This document shows, one piece after another, positions 1-9,329 of a DNA stretch of 64,000 nucleotides (within the stretch, counting starts at the first letter, position 1; the number at the start of each line of letters is the position of its first letter). The DNA is from an uncultured delta proteobacterium (GTDB lineage Bacteria; Desulfobacterota; Binatia; UBA9968): NCBI GenBank assembly GCA_963760795.1, contig CAVXEP010000009.1, positions 54,848 to 118,847 on the forward strand, in the 5' to 3' direction. The notes beneath the pieces were generated by a model that ran no database searches, was not told the DNA's origin, and saw nothing but the letters and a program-made list of their open reading frames with translations. A program made the position numbers and the translations under genes.

Positions 1-1040
1 ATCAGACGTTTTTCCATTTGCAATATCAAAACGATCGACACGCCCCAGGGCGGCGCATAGGCTTTTTTTAACGCCGGATAGGCCGGCTTCAATTCCTGGT
101 AAGCCGCCACGGCATAGGTTAGAGCGTCGACATACAGATGTTCATGCGGCGGCTTGCCGAGCCAGATGTTGTGATAGACGGGGTGGCGCCGATGGGTGAT
201 CGCCTTGATCGTCATGACTCTCTCGTTCGGCACTTGCGCCGTCGTGTAACCGCAAAACTCGCCAAACGGCCCTTCGTCGCCGGTTTTCGCCGGGATCGTC
301 AGTTCCCCTTCGAGGATTATCTCCGCCAACGCCGGCACCTCCAGGTCGATGGTCCGGCATTTCACCACATCCACCGGTTCACCTGCCAGGCCGCCGGCGA
401 TTTCCAACTCAAAGACGCCGGCACGGGGTTCGAACTGTGAGGCAACGTAGACCGCCGGCGGCACACCGATGCATACGGCGACTTGGAATTTTTCTTGCCC
501 GCGCTTCTCGGCGTTTTTGATGAAGTCATGGCCATCATGGCCGGGAGTAAAGCGGATCGTCACCTCGTTCTTCGACACCAACATCATGCGGTAAATCGCC
601 AGATTATTGCCATACTCCGGATCGCGAATGATCACGTGGCCGGCGGTGATGTACGGCCCGCCGTCGCGCGGATTGTTGGTGCAGAGCGGCAACTTGGTCA
701 CATCGACGTCTTTGCCCTCGTTCACAACTTCTTGGCACGGGCCGCTGGCAACCAACCGGGTCGGAATTGGCTGACTTGCCCGGCGCACGGTTTCGTCAAA
801 GACGTTTGCTTGGGATAGTCCTAACGAGAGAGCGACACGTTTATCGCTGGCCAACAGCTGGCCGACAACTGGCATGTTGTAGCCTTTGACGTTTTCAAAG
901 AGCAGCGCCGGACTGTTGGGCCTTTCATTATGAATTTTGCAAATCGCGCCCAGTTCATGCTTGGGATCGACTTCGGCTTTGATCTTCTGCAGTTCATGCT
1001 CTTCTTCCAAGACTTTGAGAAATTCCCGTAGGTCCATCAT
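1..1040 (-). CDS. UbiD-family (prFMN-dependent) decarboxylase, 3' part outside window
   Basis: Manual translation from ATG 1040: MMDLREFLKVLEEEHELQKIKAEVDPKHELGAI...PALLFENVKGYNMPVVG...DVTKLPLCTNNPRDGGPYITAG, a typical UbiD N-terminus. Not in the ORF track because it runs off the window. Confidence 0.9.
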   Translation of the reverse strand, partial: MMDLREFLKVLEEEHELQKIKAEVDPKHELGAICKIHNERPNSPALLFENVKGYNMPVVGQLLASDKRVALSLGLSQANVFDETVRRASQPIPTRLVASGPCQEVVNEGKDVDVTKLPLCTNNPRDGGPYITAGHVIIRDPEYGNNLAIYRMMLVSKNEVTIRFTPGHDGHDFIKNAEKRGQEKFQVAVCIGVPPAVYVASQFEPRAGVFELEIAGGLAGEPVDVVKCRTIDLEVPALAEIILEGELTIPAKTGDEGPFGEFCGYTTAQVPNERVMTIKAITHRRHPVYHNIWLGKPPHEHLYVDALTYAVAAYQELKPAYPALKKAYAPPWGVSIVLILQMEKRL

Positions 1041-1098
1041 GATGACTATTTCGCTCCCCTTGCACTTTCGGTCATGGCCGCGCACACCGGAATGACAG

Positions 1099-1983
1099 TC
1101 AATTCACCAAAGACAGTTTCGCTTCGAAGCCTAAAACATTTTTCGCTTTGCTTACACTATACCCACTGCAAGCGCCGTCCAAGCCGGCGCGTAAATCGCT
1201 GACCTGCGGCAGGTACCGGCCAACCAGCTCACGGGTGGGAATATCCACGAGGCTATTCGGCGCGGCTATGTTGAAAATCTGATGGCCGGATAAATCAGCT
1301 TCCAGCGCCACCCGGCAGGCGCGCGCGGCATCGCGGGCATCGATGTAACTCCACAACGCGCCGGTGCCGCGCGCCAGCGGATTCTTCTTGCGCTCAAGCA
1401 GCAATGGCCGGTGCGCTTCGGTATAGATCCCCGAAAAGCGCAGGCTGGTCACCGCGACACCGCTCCTTTGGCTCAACGCGTCGCAGAGTTTTTCACCTAC
1501 TAGTTTAGTGAGCCCGTAAGGATCCTGCGGCCGCAGTGGATGGATTTCGTCAACCGGCAAGTATTCTGGCAGGAGTTCCGTGGACGGATAGTAAAGTCCA
1601 TAGACTGCCAGGCTCGAGCCGCAGATGACTTTCTTTATGCCAAGGATTTCAGCGGCCGCCAGAATATTATTCGTCATCGCCAGGTTTTGATTGAAGCGCT
1701 CGGCGTCACCAACAAGATCGCCAAACCGCCATTTCTGCGCCGCGTCATCGAAGCCGGTTTCCGTGTAGGGAAAACGAATTCGCGCCAGGTGAATCACCGC
1801 ATCGGCATTTTTGAAATGGTCGAGCAACGAGTTGAACCTAGTTAGGTCAGCGACGTAAGTCGGCGCCGGGCACTCCCTCGGCTTGACGCTGTCGAGGGAC
1901 GACACTTGATGGGCGTGGGTAAACAACTCGCGAACGACATACTGCCCCAACCGCCCCGACCCGCCGGTGACGACTACGCGCAT
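1099..1983 (-). CDS. NAD-dependent epimerase/dehydratase (extended SDR)
   Basis: MRVVVTGGSGRLG Rossmann motif and YGLTK YxxxK motif; start moved to ATG 1983. Confidence 0.88.
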   Translation of the reverse strand: MRVVVTGGSGRLGQYVVRELFTHAHQVSSLDSVKPRECPAPTYVADLTRFNSLLDHFKNADAVIHLARIRFPYTETGFDDAAQKWRFGDLVGDAERFNQNLAMTNNILAAAEILGIKKVICGSSLAVYGLYYPSTELLPEYLPVDEIHPLRPQDPYGLTKLVGEKLCDALSQRSGVAVTSLRFSGIYTEAHRPLLLERKKNPLARGTGALWSYIDARDAARACRVALEADLSGHQIFNIAAPNSLVDIPTRELVGRYLPQVSDLRAGLDGACSGYSVSKAKNVLGFEAKLSLVN

Positions 1984-1987
1984 TGAG

Positions 1988-2959
1988 TCACCGCCCCAAC
2001 CCTTTGAACCAGCCGGACTTTTCCAACTCTTGCAGCAAGCTGTTATCGATGAAGTCCGCCGCTTTGGCTTCGCGCGCTTCCTTGCCCGGGGTGCGCCGGA
2101 GGATTTCGTCGATGCTTTCGGACCGCACATAGGGAATTCGGTCGCCGCTGTAGCGCACACCGAAAGTTTGATGCAGCTGGGCCAAGGTCTCGGTATCGGT
2201 CACCTTGGTGTACTTGGACAAGACTTTCATGCTGAACTCTTTGTCCGTGCGCAGCCGCTGCAATCCCTGGGCGAAGCCGCGCATGAAGCGCAGACTGGTG
2301 TCGCGGTTGGCGCGCATGTACGAGCGCGTCGTCGACAGCGGCGTGTTAGGGAAAACTATCTTCAATTGCCCGACATCTTCGAGCTCATGCATGCCGGCTT
2401 TGGCGGCGCGAAAATTACTCGGCGGCGACAATACCACAGCGTCGAGGGCCCCGGCGCTGAGCGCCGCCAAACCTTCCGGCATGCCGCCGGTTTGAATGAC
2501 CGTGACCTGGCCGCGTTCAATACCCCAGTGTTTGAGCGCCGCATCCAACGCCCAGTCGGTCGAGCCGCCGAGGCGAGTCACGCCGATTTTCTTGCCGCGC
2601 AACTGCGCCGGCTGCTTGAACTCCGGCCGCGACATGATCGAAAACACCAAACTATTGCCGGTGTTGCCGATCAGCACCAAGTCGGAACCGCGCAGCGTTG
2701 CGTTGATCACCGGCACCGACGGCCCATAGGCGAACGGCACATCGCCGCTCAGCATGGACTGAATCAGCAGCGAACCGCCGCCGATGTAAAGTAGCTCCGT
2801 GTCCAATCCCTCGCGCTTAAAATACCCGCCTTCCTGCGCTACCCACAAGGTCGACATGGCGCCGCTGATGGCGCTATAGGCGATGCGCAGCGGCGCGGCG
2901 GCCGACGAGTTCGCCGTGGCGATCAGCACGGCAAAAGCGCACAGAACAATCTGCAACAT
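1988..2959 (-). CDS. ABC transporter substrate-binding protein, SsuA/NMT1/THI5 family
   Basis: Signal peptide, LWVAQEGGYFKREGLD and LRGKKIGVTRLG motifs. Confidence 0.9.
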   Translation of the reverse strand: MLQIVLCAFAVLIATANSSAAAPLRIAYSAISGAMSTLWVAQEGGYFKREGLDTELLYIGGGSLLIQSMLSGDVPFAYGPSVPVINATLRGSDLVLIGNTGNSLVFSIMSRPEFKQPAQLRGKKIGVTRLGGSTDWALDAALKHWGIERGQVTVIQTGGMPEGLAALSAGALDAVVLSPPSNFRAAKAGMHELEDVGQLKIVFPNTPLSTTRSYMRANRDTSLRFMRGFAQGLQRLRTDKEFSMKVLSKYTKVTDTETLAQLHQTFGVRYSGDRIPYVRSESIDEILRRTPGKEAREAKAADFIDNSLLQELEKSGWFKGLGR

Positions 2960-2962
2960 GAT

Positions 2963-4183
2963 TTAGCTCATCCGTTTCCTGCGCAGGCCGGTGAAAGAAT
3001 CTATCTTCACCGCTCCATCCTGCTCTTGAGCGTGCGCCAGGGCGCGCGGCGGTTTGCCACTGCGAACCGATTCAATATCGTTAAGAATTAACTTGCGCAA
3101 CATAATCACGCCGCGATCCGACGCCGCCAATTGCTCGCGCCGCTCGCCCAAAACCTTTTGTGACGCCTGACAGGCAATGTCTTCCGTGCGGACGCTGCCG
3201 CGGAACGGCGCGAACTTGCGCCGGTCGTAGACAGGTCGCTGCACCGCTTGAGCTTCAACTTTGCGACTGGGCGCCAGCTTGTCGAAAAACTCGCTATCAG
3301 GACCGGTGTAATGGTTCACCGTGTACAAGGTAAAGCTGCTGTCGTCGTTGGGCGTCACGAACATAAGGTGGGCATTGTGCGAACCGGCGGCGAGCGCTTC
3401 GCGAGATGCTTTGAAATGGGTGAACTCGGTGTCGCCGATCTGCAAGATCGCCGGCAGCGCGAAACTTTTCTCGTCGACATATTCACAATCAGGGGTCGGT
3501 CCGGGCTTGCGTGAGATCACTTTCATGCCGTAAGGCATCTCGACGGCGTCGAACGGTGGAATGTCGCGAAAGTTGAAAAACCAACTGCGCCAGGTGCCGT
3601 CGTTGGGGTCGGCGCGGTGCAAGATGGAAAAATGCGCCGGGTCGGCGCCATTCTCGATGAAGTTGAACCAGTTATAGTTGTACAGACGCGTCGCTTCGAG
3701 GGAGCGCTGCCCCTCCTCGCTGACCAGCGGCAAGTAACGCGGCAATGGCGGCGCATCCGGCGCCGTTCCCATGAAAGCGAACAGCAAACCGCCCTGCTCC
3801 CGAACCGGATAGGACAAATGGCGCACCTTCTGGGTAAAGCCGCGTTCCACCGGCTCCGTCGGCATGGCCAAACAGCGGCCACCGACGTCGAACAGCCACC
3901 CATGGTAGGGACAGCGAATCCCGCCGTCTTCGATGTCGCCATATTCCAGGGACGCACCGCGGTGCGGGCAATGTAAGCCGAGCAAACCGATGCGGCCAGT
4001 ATCGTCGCGAAACAGCACCAGCTCTTCGCCGAGCACTTTGACCGCTTGGGGAATATCGCGCAGCTCGCGATTCGTGCCCACGACCAGCCAATGGCGTCGA
4101 AACCACTCGCCGGCCGGCGTGCCGCCACCCACATACGGGAGATCAGCGAGCGCAAGCTTCTTCGGCCGTTTAATCACGGGCAT
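2963..4183 (-). CDS. Rieske aromatic-ring oxygenase, alpha subunit (phthalate 4,5-dioxygenase-like)
   Basis: CPHRG...CPYHGW Rieske motif, ENGADPAHFSILH mononuclear Fe site, C-terminal SDRGVIMLRK. Confidence 0.9.
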   Translation of the reverse strand: MPVIKRPKKLALADLPYVGGGTPAGEWFRRHWLVVGTNRELRDIPQAVKVLGEELVLFRDDTGRIGLLGLHCPHRGASLEYGDIEDGGIRCPYHGWLFDVGGRCLAMPTEPVERGFTQKVRHLSYPVREQGGLLFAFMGTAPDAPPLPRYLPLVSEEGQRSLEATRLYNYNWFNFIENGADPAHFSILHRADPNDGTWRSWFFNFRDIPPFDAVEMPYGMKVISRKPGPTPDCEYVDEKSFALPAILQIGDTEFTHFKASREALAAGSHNAHLMFVTPNDDSSFTLYTVNHYTGPDSEFFDKLAPSRKVEAQAVQRPVYDRRKFAPFRGSVRTEDIACQASQKVLGERREQLAASDRGVIMLRKLILNDIESVRSGKPPRALAHAQEQDGAVKIDSFTGLRRKRMS

Positions 4184-4254
4184 GATCTGAAAAATGACGG
4201 AATCCGCTCGACTCTAGGCGGACGGATTTGCGATCCGAGGGTGACAATTTGAAA

Positions 4255-4331
4255 TGGTGGTCGCAGTAGGACTTGAACCTACGACCTCGCGCATGTGAGG
4301 CGCGCGCTCTAACCAACTGAGCTATGCGACC
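4255..4331 (-). tRNA. tRNA-Val(CAC)
   Basis: GGTCGCA-TA-GCTC AGTTGGTTA GAGC-G-CGCGC CTCACAT GCGCG-AGGTC-GTAGG TTCAAGT CCTAC-TGCGACC-A-CCA folds into a cloverleaf; CCA is encoded. Confidence 0.96.
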
Positions 4332-4417
4332 ACTAGGAAATCTTATCTAACACCTGGAACCCAAAGCTTCAACTGCGGCCGTCTTGTGACCAATAATATA
4401 TTACTGGAGGACGAAAA

Positions 4418-4560
4418 ATGAAAAAGCAACGTGGCATGGGAACAGTCTATCAGCGGGGTCAATCCTGGGTGGTGGATTATTATATATGGGGCGAGTGCGC
4501 GGGACAGTTGAGGGTGCCGAGACCGAATCCTAGGCACGCCAGAAGCACCGGCTCACACCG
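4418..4560 (+). pseudogene. Degraded N-terminal (arm-binding) fragment of a tyrosine integrase
   Basis: GGAGG SD then MKKQRGMGTVYQRGQSW..DYY, shifting frame to RVRGTVEGAETES*ARQK; resembles phage/ICE integrase N-termini and lies next to the tRNA. Confidence 0.6.
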
Positions 4561-4623
4561 GTTGGGATTATGAACGTCATTAAAATAATTGCGATTAAGT
4601 TTTCAGGTAGTTCCTCTTGTTGC

Positions 4624-4827
4624 TCAATGGCCCGGCGGGTTCTTCGCGTTCTTCTTCAGCCAAGCTTCAACCAATTCTCGCTTAAATCGCCATTGGTTGC
4701 CGACTTTAAACGCTGGCAGACCCTTTTGAGACAGCAGCCGATAGACGGTGAATTTGTTCACATTGAGGTATTCGGCAACTTGCTCAAGCGTAAGCAAGCT
4801 TTGCGAGGAGTGGCCAATTTTTTTCAT
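4624..4827 (-). CDS. Excisionase-family HTH DNA-binding protein (HTH_17)
   Basis: LLTLEQVAEYLNVNKFTVYRLLSQKGLPAFKVGNQWRFKRELVEAWL; probable start ATG 4827. Confidence 0.85.
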   Translation of the reverse strand: MKKIGHSSQSLLTLEQVAEYLNVNKFTVYRLLSQKGLPAFKVGNQWRFKRELVEAWLKKNAKNPPGH

Positions 4828-5059
4828 ACCTTGGCCAATGACAAGGCAAGGAGTGCGCCATGGATGAAAGAGCCAGAAAAGGCTCAATAGTTGCATTGAA
4901 TAACTAGAAAACGAATTCGACTGGCGAGAACTAACCTGATTTGCTTTAGCAGCTATGGAAAGCGGGCAATAAAGCCCTTTAGATTAGATACGTCGAATGA
5001 GAATAAATCTCGTTCCCGGTGTACACGGCAACGCGCTTCTCGACTCGTCAACATGATGC

Positions 5060-5170
5060 GTGGCCAAGTCACTGCCGGACAAAATCAGCTTCATTGAACC
5101 GATGTACGCGCTCAGCGTCCGTAACCTGCCCGAAGGGCCGGACTGGCTTTACGGACCAGCACCGTACTGA
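5060..5170 (+). pseudogene. 5' fragment of an ATP-dependent DNA ligase (LigC/LigD-type)
   Basis: VAKSLPDKISFIEPMYALSVRNLPEGPDWLY then stop, truncated just before the expected ExKxDG motif. Confidence 0.6.
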
Positions 5171-5188
5171 ACATCCCGGACCGGGCCA

Positions 5189-5632
5189 TCACGGCAGCAC
5201 CGCGATAGGCTGGACCTCGATAAAGCTAGTCGGCCGCGCCAAATGACTGACCTCGACGAATGTGATCGCCGGAAAACCTTTCTTGAAAATCTCCTTGGCC
5301 ATCTTGCTGAACTGCGGCGTGTAACGCAGGTCGGTCAGAAACACGCCCATCGAGACAATATCGTCGAGGCTGCCGCCAGCCTTCGCTAGCGTGTTGCCGA
5401 TCTTGTCGAACACGGCTTTGAACTGCGCTGCGAAGTCGCCCAAGTCGGCATCCGGCCGCGGCTGGCTCGCCGTATGGCCGGCAAGAAACACCATCGTCCC
5501 ACCTTTGACTTTCACTGCCGTCGAACGCGAGTCCTGCGGCTGCGGCTCGATGAACTCCTTCTTAAGCTCTTGGCATTCAACGGAAGCGAACGAGCCAAGT
5601 AAGACTAGCGCCAACGAAATTAGAGTTTTCAC
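5189..5632 (-). CDS. Rid (YjgF/YER057c/UK114) family protein with signal peptide
   Basis: Signal peptide MKTLISLALVLLGSFASVEC; VFLAGH, AGGSLDDIV, PAITFVEVSHL, IEV motifs. Confidence 0.88.
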   Translation of the reverse strand: MKTLISLALVLLGSFASVECQELKKEFIEPQPQDSRSTAVKVKGGTMVFLAGHTASQPRPDADLGDFAAQFKAVFDKIGNTLAKAGGSLDDIVSMGVFLTDLRYTPQFSKMAKEIFKKGFPAITFVEVSHLARPTSFIEVQPIAVLP

Positions 5633-5658
5633 GATTCCTCCAAAAAGCAGCCGCTTCG

Positions 5659-6108
5659 TTATTCTTTCACCACCGCGATCGCCTGAATCTCGATCATCGC
5701 GCCGGGAGTCAACAACTTGCGCGCTTCCATGAACGCGCTCGACGGATAACCGGTCTTGAAGACTTCTTTGCGCATGTCGGTGAAGATTTCGCCCCAGCGC
5801 CGCTCGGTGGTGTAAACGGTCATGGTCACGATATCGTCCACCGATCCGCCCACTTTAGCCATGATGCGCCGCATATGCTCCCAGGTCGCGTGCACCTGAC
5901 CGCGGTAGTCGCCCGGCGCGTGTAGGACACCCTTCTCATCCGTCGGACCGACGCCGGAAAGAAACACCAATGCGCCGCCTTTGACCTTGACCGCCTGCGA
6001 GTAGGCCGATTGCGGCACCGGCAGAATCATCTCGCGCTCCTGGGCAAACGCGGGCCGATCGAAACTGAGAAAAAACCAACTTAGCAACAGAACTAATTTC
6101 ATCATCAC
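5659..6108 (-). CDS. Rid family protein with signal peptide
   Basis: Signal peptide ending PAFA-Q; YSQAVKV, VFLSGV, GGSVDDIV, PSSAFME, IEIQAIAV. Confidence 0.88.
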   Translation of the reverse strand: MMMKLVLLLSWFFLSFDRPAFAQEREMILPVPQSAYSQAVKVKGGALVFLSGVGPTDEKGVLHAPGDYRGQVHATWEHMRRIMAKVGGSVDDIVTMTVYTTERRWGEIFTDMRKEVFKTGYPSSAFMEARKLLTPGAMIEIQAIAVVKE

Positions 6109-6114
6109 ATCACC

Positions 6115-6860
6115 TCAGTAGCCGGACTCGCTCTTTGCCGCGCGAGCCGGTGTGCTTTGCGTCACATGACGATAAGCCGCCTCGATATTATTCGGGAATC
6201 GGTCGCGCCCCTCCCAACCTTCGGTTTCCGGCATGCGCAAATCTTTTTGAATTTCGTCCAGGGACTTTTCCGCTTTCACCATGGCGCCGACCCGTTCCAC
6301 CAGCAGCGTGTAATAACGCTCCATATCGTCGAGAATCTTGACGGTGCCCGGCGCGCCATGCCCCGGCACGACGATCTCGGGGTTGAGCGCCTTCATCATC
6401 TTGATGCCATCCAAAGTATCGGCAATCTTTACAAACGGACGCAAGTTGCTGAAGCGCCGCACACCGACAGACGCCGCGGCGAAAACGATGCGCTCCTTGG
6501 GCAGCCAGACCGCCGAGTCGGCTTCGCTGTGTACACTTTTCAAAAATCGCAGTTCAAAGGTTCGTTCGCCTACTTCGAGTTTCATCCAGTCCCGGAACTC
6601 GATATGCGGCAAGACCGGGCGGAAGTTTTTGATTTCAGGCAGCTGCGCATTCTCTGCGATAATTTTTTTCACCCGTTCAGGATTGAGACCTTCGCGCATC
6701 GCCTCTCTGGCGCCGGCGTGGGCGACGATCAGCGCCGGCGGCGAAAACAGCCAGTGACCGGTGGTGTGATCGGTGTGCGGTTCGGTATTGATCAAATAGC
6801 GCACCGGCAAAGGGGGATACTCGGAACACGTTCGCCAGCCAATTTCCGGGGCAATGCATC
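6115..6860 (-). CDS. MBL-fold metallohydrolase, N-terminally truncated paralog of the upstream gene (frameshift near 6810)
   Basis: PVRYLINTEPHTDHTTGH, HSEAD, PGHG; high similarity to the 6859-7771 product but lacks its signal peptide and first strands. Confidence 0.7.
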
Positions 6861-7771
6861 ATTTAGTCTGCAACGCTCTATACGCCGCCTCGACATTCGT
6901 TGGAAAGCGCTCCTTGCTCGCCCAGTGATCGTATTCCGGCATTTTTACTTCCTTCTGAATCTCGTCCAGCGACTTGCCGGCTTTCATCAGCTTGCCGACG
7001 CGCTCCAGCAAGAGCGCGTAATATTTCTCCGTGTCGTCGAATATCTTCACCGTGCCGGGGTTGCCGTGGCCGGGAATCACATGCTCGGGATTCAACGCTT
7101 TCATCATTTTGGCCGCCGCCAAGATGTCCGGAATCGTCACGAAAGGACGGAAAATGTTGATCTGATCGACGACGATCCCCGAGGCCGAGAAAAGCACGCG
7201 TTCCTTCGGCAACCACACCGCCGTGTCCGCTTCGCTGTGGACATTTTTTTGGTAGAGCAGCTCTAAAGTCCGCTCGCCGACGTTGAGCGTCATCTTTTGC
7301 CGGTACTCGACATGAGGGACCACGAAACGAAACCCGTCGAAAGCCGCGCGCATCTCCGGCGACTCGGCCATGAGCTTTTCATTTCGCTTCGGGTTGAACG
7401 CCGCCTTCATCGAATCCGTCGCGCCTTCATGCGCCACGATCAAGGCCGGCGGCGAGAAAACAAAGTGACCCGTTGTGTGATCGCCGTGGGGCTCGGTATC
7501 GATCAGATAGCGCACCGGGAGAGGCGTAAGCTTCTTCACGGCGGCGAGAATCGCCCGCGAATCCGTCGGGTTGTGGCCACTATCGATCAGCACCACGCCT
7601 TCCTGGGTAACGACGATGCCGCAATTGGAATTAAAATTGGTCCCGACGTAGACGTAAATCCCGTCGGCAATCTTGCGAATGTTAGCGACCGAGATCCTGT
7701 GCCTGTGCCAGACTGGTTAATAGAAGCACAGCGAGCATCGTGAACAGCGACGCGAAGCGAACAGTCTTCAT
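6859..7771 (-). CDS. Exported MBL-fold metallohydrolase (cyclase-like), frameshift near 7690
   Basis: Signal peptide MKTVRFASLFTMLAVLLLTSLAQAQ joins ANIRKIADGIYVYVGTNFNSNCGIV..LIDSG..TEPHGDH after a one-base shift. Confidence 0.85.
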
Positions 7772-7785
7772 GGCATCCTCCTTGG

Positions 7786-8281
7786 TCACTTCCCTTGTTT
7801 CGATCCTCTGACTACGGCAACCGCTTCGACTTCCACCATTGCGCCTGGCGGGCGCAAGTTTTTCGCCTCGACGAAGGCGCTCGCCGGGCCCCAATCGCTG
7901 AACGCCTCGCGAGCGCTTTTTTCCAACACGTCGCGCAACGAGCTATCGGCGCCGTAGACCGTCAACGTCACGAAATGGGCCGGCGACAACGCCTACTCGC
8001 GAGGCCATGAGCCGCAGGTTCACCAGCGCTTGTCTTACTTGCCCGGTCAAATCCCCCGCGCCAACCAGGTCACCTTTCCTGTCCACGGGTCCGACCCTGG
8101 GAAACACGAACACGGTCTCCAGCGCGTTCCTGAACACTTGAACGTCGCCCGTCGGCGGCGCCGGTTCTTGCGCGAATGTCGACGCGGCATCGAGCATTAA
8201 CAGCAAGCCGGCGGAGAGCCAAGCAGAAATTCTAACGCTTCGAATCATCGCTAAGAAAAATCGCACCGCCCCATGACTCAA
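7786..8281 (-). CDS. Rid family protein with signal peptide (frameshift near 7990)
   Basis: ORF 7943-8281 (signal peptide, GDLTGQVRQALVNL) joins ORF 7786-7989 (PASAFVEAKNL..MVEVEAVAVV). Confidence 0.78.
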
Positions 8282-9323
8282 CGCCCTGGATAGAGCCGGG
8301 CAAAAAAACCTTCCTGTTCGAGTTCGCGCACCACGCTCGAGTCGGTCAGCGTTTCGGCTGATTTTCCTTTAAGGCCCGGCTTGGCTGCGAACTCTGCGAT
8401 ACCCAGCGCGACGTTATCGATTTTCGGATAAGGCTTTTCCGGGATCGCGTGCTGGACATAAGTCCGGTACATGAATTCTAGCAACCCCGAGTCGCTCACT
8501 TTCAAATAACGGGTGTAAATGCCATTCGCCGCCCCACGGTCGCGCCGCGCCAAGGCGATCGCTTCGCTGAGCGCCTGGGTAAATCGCTTCACAGCGTCCC
8601 GCGAGCCGGCGAATAATTTGCGCGTCACTGCGAAGTCGACACCGGCGCCGATGTAGAGTTTCAGACTGTCGTTGTCGGCGAGCACGCGAACCTTTTCGAT
8701 CTCGCCGCGCCGTTCCAAATCGAAGATATTATCTTCATTGCTGGTGGTCGCGTCGATCTCGCCTTTGAGCAGCGCATTAACCCGCAGCACGCTGCGGCTG
8801 CCGAAGGGCACCAGGGTAACGTCTTTGTCAGCATCCAAGCCGAGACGGCGCAAGGTTTCGCGCGTGATGCGGTCTTGCGAGCTGCCTGCTTCGCCGGTGC
8901 CGACCGCTTGCCGCGCAGTTGCTCCGGCCGAGTGATCGATGGCTGCGATAACAGCTTGAGCACGCTGTAACCGGTGTTGGCGAAGAAAACCAAATCCGCG
9001 CCGTCACCGATGGCCGACACCATCCAGTTGGCGGTGGCGACATAAATATCCGCGGCATTAGTGCGCGCGCCGTCAGCGATCGCCTCGCCCGAGTTGGGCG
9101 TTTTGATTTCAACGTTCAAACCATATTTCGTGAAAAGCCCCGCGTCCTGGGCCAGCCACAGCGGCAACTTCGCCGGCCGGTCCGGATAGGAAAGCACGGT
9201 ATGCCGCTGCTCGGCGCCTTCGAGCGCCGATGCCGCTAGGCTCATCAGCAGCGACGCACACAACAAGACCGCAAATCCAATCCGAAAAGAATTGAGCCAA
9301 TACTTAGCAGAGCGCCGCATCAC
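8278..9323 (-). CDS. SsuA/NMT1-type substrate-binding protein (frameshift near 8905)
   Basis: ORFs 8661-9323 and 8278-8853 are the two halves of one SBP. Confidence 0.85.
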
Positions 9324-9329
9324 TGTCCT

